The position numbers and the translations under genes were made by a program. Of a DNA stretch of 64,000 bases, positions 30,575 through 40,900 are shown in pieces. The stretch is from an uncultured Desulfobacter sp. (GTDB taxonomy: Bacteria; Desulfobacterota; Desulfobacteria; Desulfobacterales; Desulfobacteraceae), in assembly GCA_963665095.1 (NCBI GenBank), contig OY762069.1:2336001-2400000 (forward strand), written 5' to 3'. The stretch's first letter is position 1. Each line of letters begins with the position of its first letter. A model generated the notes under the pieces. It did not search any database. It was given only the letters and a program-made list of their open reading frames with translations, and had not been told where the DNA came from.

Positions 30575-31665
30575 CACTGGCCTTCCTTTGAAGATCGGCA
30601 TCGGCCCGGATCTGTGGCGCGCCTTTCCCTCTTTTTTGCCCGCTCCAGGATCAGTTCGGCCATGATGCTCACGGCGATCTCTGCCGGGGTTTGTGCATCT
30701 ATGTCAGTACCAATGGGCGAATGCACCGCATCCAGCCGCTCTCTGGCAATACCATTGTCCATGAGATTGCTGTAAATCCGGTCCCGTTTTTTCCGGCTGC
30801 CGATCATCCCGATATAGGCGGCAGGGGTCTCAAGGGCCTGCTCCAGGACGGTCTGGTCATGGAGGTGCCCCCGGGTAAGGATCACAATATACCCGTTTTC
30901 ATCCACATCAAGGCCGGCAAAGGCAGACTCAAAGTTCTCAATCACCAGCACCTGTCGGGCATGGGGAAAACGAAGGGGGTCGGCAAACTGGGCCCGGTCA
31001 TCAATCACCACCAGGGAAAAATCTGTCATATGGGCCATCTGCCCCAGCTGATACCCGACATGGCCGGCCCCGAAAATATAAAGGGTCTGTCTCGGGGCAA
31101 AGGGTTCAATAATAAACTGCTCCAGCCCGTACACCATCTGGTAGAGCCCGGGGCCTGTAAATTTATTGTCGTCAATATCGCAGAGCAGATCTTTGGGCAG
31201 AAGAGAGGGACCTGATGCGGCTTCTCCGGGCGTCACAACCATTGGCACCTGGGTTGTTTCCCCGCAGATCCGGGTAACGGCAAAGGCTTTCACACCCTGG
31301 GCGCCAAAGTCGGCCATGAGCCTAAAAGCCGTGAACAGATCCGCTGAAAAAGGGGGGACAAAGCTGCGCAGCCATACAGTGAGACTGCCGCCGCAGATCA
31401 TGTCCATGCCGGCTTTGGCCTCCTGATCCAGGGAAAAATCCATAATCCTGGTGCGGCTTGTATCCAGCATCTCCATACAGGCATCCATGACATTGGCCTC
31501 TACCAGCCCGCCGCCAATGGTGCCTGCAATGGTTTTATCCTCTCTGACCAGCATCCGGCTGCCCGAAGTCCTGGGCGTGGAGCCTTTATGGCTGATAATG
31601 GTTGCCAGGACAAAGGGCCTGGCTGCATCCAACTCAAGTTGTATTTCCCTGGATAAATTCATCAT
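30574..31665 (-). CDS. XdhC/CoxF-family molybdenum hydroxylase accessory protein
   Basis: GSTPR, GTIGGG, MICGG, IFGAGHV, IDDR, TRGH..D, YIGMIGS and AQTPAEIAVSI. Confidence 0.92.
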   Translation of the reverse strand: MMNLSREIQLELDAARPFVLATIISHKGSTPRTSGSRMLVREDKTIAGTIGGGLVEANVMDACMEMLDTSRTRIMDFSLDQEAKAGMDMICGGSLTVWLRSFVPPFSADLFTAFRLMADFGAQGVKAFAVTRICGETTQVPMVVTPGEAASGPSLLPKDLLCDIDDNKFTGPGLYQMVYGLEQFIIEPFAPRQTLYIFGAGHVGYQLGQMAHMTDFSLVVIDDRAQFADPLRFPHARQVLVIENFESAFAGLDVDENGYIVILTRGHLHDQTVLEQALETPAAYIGMIGSRKKRDRIYSNLMDNGIARERLDAVHSPIGTDIDAQTPAEIAVSIMAELILERAKKRERRATDPGRCRSSKEGQ

Positions 31666-31872
31666 AAGCTGCTGCAATCCCCCGGTTTGGGTTGACAATT
31701 CAGGCGCTTTCCGCCGCATCGCAAATCGGCTTCTTTTCTGTCATTACCCCGGCGGCCCCAGGGAAGTCAACAATATGGGCAAAATGGAAACAATGAAATT
31801 TTCAGGCCTCCGGAAAATACCGGAGGCTCTTATCTGACAGGAACCCGTTACTTTAAGGATTCCTTAGAAGAA

Positions 31873-32250
31873 TTACAGCAGCTTATCAGCCCCTTTGAAA
31901 ACTGCTTCAACCTTTAAGGCAGCAGCCCCGTGGCCGGGATGTTTTTCAGGATTCCACTTTTTCATGTCATCAAATACCGGTCCTTCGGTGTAATACTCAA
32001 GGGTGCCTTTGACCTGGTAGGAGGTGTTATCGCTGGTGATAAACAAAATAGATGCCTTGGAGCCGGCAGAAATATTTTCCATGGTCTTGGAAAAATAGTT
32101 ATTGGCCACCACCAGGGTCTGTTCATCGTATTTGCTCACGCAGGTGGCATAAATGGAATTCGGGACACCCTGTTTATCAACTGTGGTCAATATAATGGGG
32201 CCTTTATGGTTTTCCCAGGCTTTACTGGTCTCTTCGGGTAATGCAGGCAT
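31873..32250 (-). CDS. Pyridoxamine 5'-phosphate oxidase-family FMN-binding protein
   Basis: LTTVDK.G.PN, KTMENI and SYQVKG pattern; 125 aa; GGAG RBS. Confidence 0.8.
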   Translation of the reverse strand: MPALPEETSKAWENHKGPIILTTVDKQGVPNSIYATCVSKYDEQTLVVANNYFSKTMENISAGSKASILFITSDNTSYQVKGTLEYYTEGPVFDDMKKWNPEKHPGHGAAALKVEAVFKGADKLL

Positions 32251-32657
32251 ATGTCTGTCTCCTTTGTTTTAAGGTTGCCGTTGTTACGCAGTTAACACAT
32301 CAGCAGACAGCAAATTGTATGCCTGAAGCAAAAGGAATTAAGATATCCGGTTTTTCAGGCACTTGCTGTTCATGCTGCCGGCAGTGTGTAACACAGCAGT
32401 CGCATTTTTACACTGTTCTTCCGCAAAAAGCATGAAACCCGGCATCTGTTCTGCGACCCCCGCCGGCACAGCTGTTACCCTTGACGGCTTAAGAAGGGAT
32501 TTTTTTAACATAAAAATCATACCCGGGCCCTGAAAAAAGGTGAAGTTGGCCATAGCCCCCCGATAAAAAACAAAAAAAGGCCTTTTCCGTTCAGGCTGCG
32601 GACTGCCGGATGGCATGGGGTGACGATAAAAAATAACCGGATCTGAAAGTCCAGTGT

Positions 32658-32685
32658 TTGACTTTTTCAAAACCGGCGCTACTAT
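32658..32685 (+). promoter_or_regulatory. Putative sigma70 promoter of hrpA
   Basis: TTGACT-16 nt-TACTAT, ending 10 nt before the ATG at 32696. Confidence 0.45.
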
Positions 32686-32695
32686 TGGCGTTATT

Positions 32696-35600
32696 ATGGC
32701 TATTGCAGATCAAATTAAACGTCTGATTCCCGACACCATGTGCCGGGACCGGCACCTTTTTTTAAGGGCTGTTCGCAGTAAAGGCAGACAAAGCCCCCGA
32801 CCGGACCAGCATCTTCTTGACAGAGCAAAGACATCGGCTGCGTTACGGCAAACGCGCATGGACAACCGCCCCCGGGATATTGCCTTTGACCCGGATCTGC
32901 CCATTAATGCAGCAAAGGACCGGATCATCCAGGCCATACAGAGCCACCCTGTGGTGATCATTTCCGGCGAAACAGGGTCCGGCAAAACCACCCAGATCCC
33001 TAAATTCTGCCTGGAGGCGGGCCTTGGCACTGGCGGCATGATCGGGTGTACCCAGCCCCGGCGCATTGCCGCCATGACCGTTGCCAAGCGTATTGCCTTT
33101 GAACTCAACGAATCTTTAGGACAGTCCGTGGGCTATAAGATCCGTTTTGATGACCACACCCCGGACAATGCCTATATCAAACTGATGACCGACGGCATTC
33201 TTTTAGCCGAAACCCAGCAGGACCGCTATCTTAACCAGTATGACGCCCTGATCGTGGATGAGGCCCATGAGCGCAGTCTCAACATCGATTTCACCCTGGG
33301 TATTCTGCGTACCCTGATTAAAAAAAGGCGGGATCTGAAGCTGATTATCACATCAGCCACCATTGATACGGAAAAATTCTCCAAAGCCTTTGACAACGCC
33401 CCTGTCATCGAAGTGTCAGGCCGGATGTACCCGGTTGAGCTTATCTATTCGCCCATTGAAAGCCAGACCGACCGGGAATCTTCCGCTGATGACCAGGGCT
33501 ATGTGGAGGCAGCGGCAACTGAAGCGGACATGCTTTTACGGACCACCCGGTCCGGCGACATCCTGATCTTCATGCCCACAGAGCAGGATATCGGGGAGAC
33601 CATGGAAATTCTCAAGGGGAAAAATTTTACCGGGGTCACAATTCTGCCGTTATTTGCACGCCTCTCGGCAAATGAACAGGCAAAGGTGTTTTCCATGGGT
33701 CCGGGAAGAAAAGTGGTGGTGGCAACCAATGTGGCAGAAACCTCTTTGACCATTCCCGGCATTAAATATGTGGTGGACACAGGGCTTGCCCGTATTCCCT
33801 CCTACTCTCCAAGGACCCGGACCACGGCGCTGCCTGTCAGCCCCATTTCCCAGTCCAGTGCAAACCAGCGTATGGGACGCTGCGGCCGGGTGGAAAACGG
33901 AGTGTGTATCCGGCTTTATGATGAAAAAGAGTTTGAGGGACGACCCTTTTTCACATCCCCTGAAATTTTAAGGAGCAATCTTGCCGAAGTTATCCTGCGC
34001 ATGATTGCATTAGGGCTTGAGGATGTTTCCACCTTTCCCTTTGTGGACCCGCCCGCCCCCAAAAGCATTAAGGACGGATTTGACACCCTTTTGGAGCTGG
34101 GCGCCATTGCCCTGAATAGAACAACAAAAAAGAAAAAATCCGGAAAAGGATCCCCCAAAAAATACCGTCTGACCAAAGAGGGGCAGGTCATGGCCCGGAT
34201 GCCCATGGACCCGAAACTGTCCCGGATTTTACTGAAAGCAGGAGACGCAGGCGTGCTTAAAGAAGCCACCGTGATCACCACGGCCCTGACCGTCTCGGAC
34301 ATCCGTCAGCGCCCGGCAGACAAAGCCCAGGCCGCCGACCAGAAACATGCCCAGTTCAAGGATCCCACATCAGATTTCATCACCCTGCTCAACATCTGGA
34401 ATGCCTGCAAAGAGGCCGGGAACCGTCTTAAATCGAGATCAAAACTGCGCAACTGGTGTATTGAAAACTATCTGTCTTTCAAACGGCTGAGGGAGTGGCA
34501 GGATATCCACGGCCAGATCACCCGGATGATCAGGGAACACGGGATTGAGCAGACCGTGCCACCGATTACAAAGCAGGAGGACTTGAATCCGAAATCAAAT
34601 GCGTGTGACCAGGCAGGGCCTTTGTACGCAGCCATTCATAAGGCCTTGCTTCATGGCTACCTGGCCGGTATTGCCCATAAAAAAGAGAAGAATACCTATA
34701 TGGCCACCAAAAACCGGCAGGCTGTCATTTTTCCGGGTTCCGGGCTTTTCAACAATGGCGGCACCTGGATTGTGGCGGCTGAATATGTCCAGACCAGCCA
34801 GCTCTTTGCCCGGGGGGTGGCCAATATTGATCCGGCCTGGATCGAAGAGATCGGTAAAGACCTTTGCACCAGGACTTACAGTGATCCCCACTGGGAAAAG
34901 AAGCGGGGTGAAGTGGTGGCCCTGGAGCAGGTCTCACTGTTCGGGCTGATCCTGGACAGCGGCCGGCCTGTGGCCTACGGTAAAGTAAACCCGGAGGAAT
35001 CCTTTGAGTTGTTTATCCGCCACGCGCTGGTGGAAGGCCAGATTTTCCAGCAGTTTGATTTCATGGTCCATAACCAAAACCTGATCCAAGAGATCGGCAT
35101 GCTGGAGGATAAAACCAGGCAGCGGGACATTCTGGCATCCGACGAAGATCTCTATGCATTCTACCGTGCCCGCCTCCCCCATCCTTTTTCTAATATCCGC
35201 ACCTTTGCCAAATTCATCAAAGACCTGAAAGACGACACCTTTTTGCGCATGACCCGGGAGGATCTTCAGAAAGCTGAGGTGGATGAGGCACTGCTGACCC
35301 AGTTCCCGGATGTCCTGGCAACGGAACATGGTCACTTTGTCCTGGATTATGAATTCAACCCAGGTGCCAGGACCGACGGAGTGACCCTTAAGGTGCCAAG
35401 CCAGGATGCAGGCCTGATCTGCCCCCACCAGGTGGACACCCTGGTTCCCGGGCTGCTCAAAGAAAAAATTGCAGCCCTGATCAAGGCGCTTCCCAAAGCC
35501 CATCGGATAAAACTGATGCCCATCCAGCAGCGGGCTGACTTTATTGCCGAACATCTGCCGGACTCGGATGTCCCCTTGTACTCAAAACTGTCTGGGGTAA

Positions 35601-36697
35601 TCCGTAAACACTTTGATCTTGTGATTCCGGCGTCGGCCTGGTCAGACAAGGATTTGCCGGATCATTTAAAAATGCGCATATCCATCAGGGATCACAGGGA
35701 CCGGGAGATAAAATCCCTACGGGACCTGTCAAAATTAGGGGCCTTTGCCACCTCTGGGCCTGTGCCAAAAGCCAATGCCTTTGAAAAAGCAAAAAAGGGC
35801 TTTGAAAAAAAAGGGGTCAAGGAGTGGAATTTTCCTGATATTGCACCTGAAATCCTGCTGGACGAAGCGAACAGCCACCAGCGCAAGGCCTTTCCCGGTC
35901 TTTGCTGCGACCTTGAAGGACCGGATGTGACACTCACGCTTTTCAAAACCAGGGAAGCGGCCCGGGAAAGCCACCCTAAAGGGGTCCGCCGTCTGTTTGA
36001 ACTCATGTTCCCCGATGATATCAAGGCATTAAAAAAAGATATCAACCACATTCCGGGCGTCAGCGAAATTGCGCCTTACTTCAATGACCGGCCGACCTTT
36101 ACCGCAATGGCCTACAATACCATGGCACGGGCCTTTTTTGAAAAAGAGATCTACACCCAGAATGCCTTTCACACCCATGTGCAGGAACTGCGACCCAGGC
36201 TTTATACCGCAGGGCAGAGTGCCATGGGCGACATTCTGGCCGTGGGCCGGGAGTACCGCACCTGTTTTGATCTGATACAAAGTTTAAGCCTTGCCGCCAA
36301 AGAGCGGCCGGTCATTTTCGATGCTTTGACGGCAATTTTCAATGAACTGAAAAACCTGTGCCCTGCCAATTTTCTGGAGCTCTACGATTTAGACCGGATT
36401 GCCTGGCTGCCCAAAAACCTGGAGTGCCTGGCCATCCGTGCCAGGCGATGGGTGGACAACCCAGGCAAAGAGGCCCAGAAAAAAGAGCTTGTGGCCCCCT
36501 ATGAACGAAAACTGGCCCACCTGATTTCAACGCTTGACCCGGGCTCTTCAAAAGAAAAATCCAAGGCGGTTGAAGATTTTTTCTGGATGCTGGAGGAGTA
36601 CAAAATCTCCGTTTATGCCCAGGAGCTGAAAACCCGGTTCAAAATCTCTGCCAAACGTCTGGACAAGGCCCTGCTGGATGTCTCCACCATGATATAA
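32696..36697 (+). CDS. hrpA: ATP-dependent RNA helicase HrpA
   Basis: GETGSGKTTQ, TQPRR, DEAHER, SAT and QRMGRCGR; long HrpA-type C-terminus ending WMLEEYKIS..AQELKT. Confidence 0.96.
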   Translation: MAIADQIKRLIPDTMCRDRHLFLRAVRSKGRQSPRPDQHLLDRAKTSAALRQTRMDNRPRDIAFDPDLPINAAKDRIIQAIQSHPVVIISGETGSGKTTQIPKFCLEAGLGTGGMIGCTQPRRIAAMTVAKRIAFELNESLGQSVGYKIRFDDHTPDNAYIKLMTDGILLAETQQDRYLNQYDALIVDEAHERSLNIDFTLGILRTLIKKRRDLKLIITSATIDTEKFSKAFDNAPVIEVSGRMYPVELIYSPIESQTDRESSADDQGYVEAAATEADMLLRTTRSGDILIFMPTEQDIGETMEILKGKNFTGVTILPLFARLSANEQAKVFSMGPGRKVVVATNVAETSLTIPGIKYVVDTGLARIPSYSPRTRTTALPVSPISQSSANQRMGRCGRVENGVCIRLYDEKEFEGRPFFTSPEILRSNLAEVILRMIALGLEDVSTFPFVDPPAPKSIKDGFDTLLELGAIALNRTTKKKKSGKGSPKKYRLTKEGQVMARMPMDPKLSRILLKAGDAGVLKEATVITTALTVSDIRQRPADKAQAADQKHAQFKDPTSDFITLLNIWNACKEAGNRLKSRSKLRNWCIENYLSFKRLREWQDIHGQITRMIREHGIEQTVPPITKQEDLNPKSNACDQAGPLYAAIHKALLHGYLAGIAHKKEKNTYMATKNRQAVIFPGSGLFNNGGTWIVAAEYVQTSQLFARGVANIDPAWIEEIGKDLCTRTYSDPHWEKKRGEVVALEQVSLFGLILDSGRPVAYGKVNPEESFELFIRHALVEGQIFQQFDFMVHNQNLIQEIGMLEDKTRQRDILASDEDLYAFYRARLPHPFSNIRTFAKFIKDLKDDTFLRMTREDLQKAEVDEALLTQFPDVLATEHGHFVLDYEFNPGARTDGVTLKVPSQDAGLICPHQVDTLVPGLLKEKIAALIKALPKAHRIKLMPIQQRADFIAEHLPDSDVPLYSKLSGVIRKHFDLVIPASAWSDKDLPDHLKMRISIRDHRDREIKSLRDLSKLGAFATSGPVPKANAFEKAKKGFEKKGVKEWNFPDIAPEILLDEANSHQRKAFPGLCCDLEGPDVTLTLFKTREAARESHPKGVRRLFELMFPDDIKALKKDINHIPGVSEIAPYFNDRPTFTAMAYNTMARAFFEKEIYTQNAFHTHVQELRPRLYTAGQSAMGDILAVGREYRTCFDLIQSLSLAAKERPVIFDALTAIFNELKNLCPANFLELYDLDRIAWLPKNLECLAIRARRWVDNPGKEAQKKELVAPYERKLAHLISTLDPGSSKEKSKAVEDFFWMLEEYKISVYAQELKTRFKISAKRLDKALLDVSTMI

Positions 36698-36724
36698 GAG
36701 CCCTGTGATAATAACGATGCAAAG

Positions 36725-37669
36725 ATGCGCAAGGATAAACAATTGAACTTTGACACCTGTTTTAACCATGCCGAATCAATCCTGATGGAAGGGGCCATTG
36801 CGGAAAGGATCAAGCATGAGTTCCACATAAAGGTAAATGATCATGTGGCACTTGCGGATCTGATTTACAGAGAAGAAGGCAGATCTTCATTGCGTACGGT
36901 CTTTCTTCAATACCTTCATATTGCCCAAAAGTATGATCTGCCCTTCATGGCCACAACACCCACCAGACGCGCCAACCATATCCGGGTAAAAGCCGCCGGC
37001 TATGACAAAAAAATCATCCGTGACAATGTCGCCTTTTTAAAAAATATTCAAGAAAGCACGGAACACACCATGTTTGTGGGCGGATTGATGGGATGCAAGG
37101 GAGACGCCTACAAAGGGGATGAGGGGCTCTCCCGGCAGGAGGCCTTTCAGTTTCACACATGGCAGGCAGATCTGTTCAAAGATTGTCGGGTGGATTTCCT
37201 ATTTGCCGGCATTATGCCCTGTTTATCCGAAGCCATGGGCATGGCCCAGGCAATGGAAGGCACGGGTCTGCCGTATATTATCAGCTTCATGCTGAAAAAG
37301 AATGGCCGGTTAATTGACGGGGCATCCATCTGTGACGCCATCAAAGAGATTGATGCGGCAACTCAGACCAATCCGGTCTGTTATATGACAAACTGCATTC
37401 ACCCGCAGATACTTCAAAAAGCCCTGTCCCATCCCTTCAATAAAAATGAAATCGTTGCACAAAGATTTTGTGGTATCCAGGCAAACACTTCCCTGCTCTC
37501 CCCTGAAGAACTGGATCATTCAAAAGAGTTATTTACCTCGGACAGCATTTGTCTTGCAGATGACATGGCAGCATTATCAAAGCATATAAATCTCAAAATA
37601 TATGGGGGATGTTGCGGCACCACAGCTTCTCATATGGAGGCCATTGCAAAAAGAATCTGCAATAAATAG
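36725..37669 (+). CDS. Homocysteine S-methyltransferase family protein
   Basis: LMEGA, TNC and GGCCGT Zn-binding cysteines. Confidence 0.85.
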   Translation: MRKDKQLNFDTCFNHAESILMEGAIAERIKHEFHIKVNDHVALADLIYREEGRSSLRTVFLQYLHIAQKYDLPFMATTPTRRANHIRVKAAGYDKKIIRDNVAFLKNIQESTEHTMFVGGLMGCKGDAYKGDEGLSRQEAFQFHTWQADLFKDCRVDFLFAGIMPCLSEAMGMAQAMEGTGLPYIISFMLKKNGRLIDGASICDAIKEIDAATQTNPVCYMTNCIHPQILQKALSHPFNKNEIVAQRFCGIQANTSLLSPEELDHSKELFTSDSICLADDMAALSKHINLKIYGGCCGTTASHMEAIAKRICNK

Positions 37670-37952
37670 ACAGCACGGCCCGTAAAAAATGTACTAAATC
37701 GATTCCCGGTTTCTGAAAACTGCCTCCCCAGAGTCGTATCCTTCGATCAGAAGAATACTTCAGAAACCAGCCCTGCAACAAGTCATTCATCCGGTTTATA
37801 GCATGAAGCCATACCCCTTTTTCACAGGGAAGTATTCTTCCATATTTCCTGTTTGCTTTACATATTTTGGTTGACAAAAAAAGCAAATTCCTATCCTTTT
37901 TTATTTTTGGTAAAAATATGCTGTGTCTTTAAAACGTTTATCCGGAGACCAC

Positions 37953-40900
37953 ATGATCCATATCAAAAGTCACAAACAGCAATCACTCATTGACCCTATT
38001 GAGCGGGCCTGTGAGAGCGACGCCAGGCCGTTGGGTCCAGCGACTGCCGATGTTCAGGCCCGGCACCTTCGGCTGCGGTCAGAGGCCCTGCATCTATTTA
38101 TTTTTTTTATTCTCATCATTTTGAACCTGTTCTCACCCGGGATTACACGGGCGGAAATCACCACAGACGGGACCGTTGGTGCGGCAATGGACTTGGAGGG
38201 CCCGGATTATCAAATTACTCAAGATCTTGGGACAATCAACGGCAGCAATCTATTTCACAGTTTTAATATATTTAATCTGAATTCGGGTGAAAGTGCCACT
38301 TTCTCCGGATCAGAAACCATTAACAATATTTTCAGCAGGGTGACCGGGGGAACAACATCCTGGATCAATGGTACGCTTTCATCAACCATTGATGGCGCCA
38401 ATTTTTATTTTATCAATCCCGCAGGCGTGATATTCGGCCAGGGTGCATCTTTGGATATCAGTGGGTCATTTTATGTCAGCAGTGCGGATTATATCCTGTT
38501 TGAAAACGGCGGCCGGTTTGATGCGACACAAACCGAACAAAGCACCCTGTCTTCATATCCATTATCTGCTTTTGGATTTTTAGATAATGATCCTGGATCC
38601 ATCACATTTCAAGGTGCTCAAATCAGCGTTGCGGATGGTAAAACATTATCGATTGTCGGTGGGGATATCACGTTAGAAGAAGCCATGACATCTGAATCCG
38701 AGCAGGTCGAATCTGTGGTCAAAGCGCCCCAGGGCAATCTTAATTTAATCAGCATCAAGTCATCCGGTGAAGTGGTGTTTGGAGAAAATATCTCGACAAC
38801 GGCTGAAAATTTTGGAGATATTTCCATTACAAATGGTTCCAGGATTTCCATAGACGGAGAAACAGCGGGGAGCTTATATATCCGCAGCGGCAACCTGGTC
38901 ATTGAAAACACCAATGAATCGGTTTCTGATTCTCCGGGGATATATGCCAACAAAACAGGTGATGACTATGGTGGTGATATTGAGATTGATCTGGACAACA
39001 ACCTTGTCATGAAAAACACGGCTGAAATCGTATGTGTTGAAAACGGCAATGGAGAAGGGGGTTCCATTGGCATCAAGGCAGATCATATTGATATGTCAGA
39101 AGACAGTTTGATCTGGGGAACCACCATGGGAAGTGGCAGAGGGCCTGATATCGATATAGAAGCCAGAAGCATTGAGTTAACCAGCGGTGGAAATATCGAT
39201 TGCAGCGCATACGGCCCCGGACAGGGGGGCAACGTAACCATTCATGCCAGTGAATCTATACAGATAGATGGATACTCTACTTATTCCAGTGGGCTGTATA
39301 TGGATGCTTATGACACCGGTGACGCAGGGGAATTGGAAGTAAGCGTCCCCAATCTGGAAATAACTGATCAGGGTGTTATCACTGGGAATACCTATGATGA
39401 GGGAAATGGTGCAGATATCTTTTTACAAATAAAGCGGTTAGAATTGTCTGGTGGTGGGCAGATCCGTGCAGGAACAGGAGACAGCGGCAATGGCGGTAAT
39501 CTTGAGATCTATGCATCCAATGAAATCAATATCTCCGGGAACGGCAGTGTCATTGGAACGCAGGTTCAGGGGTCAGGTGACTGCGGATATATGATCATTT
39601 CCACACCGTATTTGAGTTTAACTGATGAAGGATGTATTTCAGGTGCTGTATTTGAAAATTCCAGTGGCAACGGGGCCAGTATTGAATTAAATGCCGATGC
39701 CATTGAGATGAGTCAGAGTTCTTCGATCACTATAGCGAATTACGGGGACGGGAATGCAGGTCATCTTAATATTTCAGGGCAGTCCATGTCTCTGGACAGC
39801 AGCTATATTTTCGGCGGATGTGCAGCAGATGGAAATGGTGGAGATATTACTATTTCCTCAGAACAAATAAATTTTAACAATGCCCGAATAAGCTCTTTTT
39901 GTGATACCGGAGATGGCAATTGCGGTGATATCATCATTGAGACAAATCAGATGGAACTGGTTAACAGCAGTATTCTCAATGGCACATATTACGGGACTGG
40001 TAATTCCGGTGATATCAGCATTACGGCCGATGAAGGCGTAATCGTGGATGGCAGTGGTTATATTTCTTCAGCTTCCTGTTACGGAACCGGTGACGGAGGG
40101 GATATTTATATTACAGCTTCTGATTTTCAATTGAAAAATAATGCGGTACTCACCGCATCAACAACGAGTGAAGGAGATGGCGGAGATATCCAGATACATG
40201 TTGATACACTGGATCTTGATAATGCAACAATTGAAACCAGGTCCAGTGATCAGGAAAATAAAGGCATTATTCCGACTGGTGATGCAGGAAGTATCCTGAT
40301 CAATGCCACTTCATCCATTGATATTACAAATGAGGGAATCATCAATACAAGCACCAAAGGGTATGGCAATGCAGGGAATATCAGTATTGAAACAGCAGGG
40401 GATTTCTCCGCGTCTCCTGGCAATGGAGAATTTGGTACTGTCATCGGGGCATATTCATTATCCAATGGTTTTGACGGATATGGCGGTAATGCCGGCAGTA
40501 TTAATATTAGTGCGAATAATTTAAATCTCGATATTTCTTATATTACATCTATGACCGATACAAGTGGCAGTGCCCAAAACATATCCCTGAATATTAATGA
40601 TACTATTACATTAGGTGGTGATTATGATGGAAATGGCTGGGCCAGCAGCATTACCTCATTTAGTGCCGGTTCCGGCAATGGCGGAAATATCAGCATCAAC
40701 TGCAGTCAGCTTGATATGCAGGATCATACAGCGATTGGTTCAGATACAAATGGCACGGGGAGTGCCGGCAATATAGATATCGTGGCTACGGGCGACATCA
40801 GGCTGGCCGGCGCAAACGGATTGACAACATCGATCTCATCATCGTCATTATATGCCAGTTCAAATAGCGGAGATGGCGGTGATCTGTCCATTCAGGCAGA

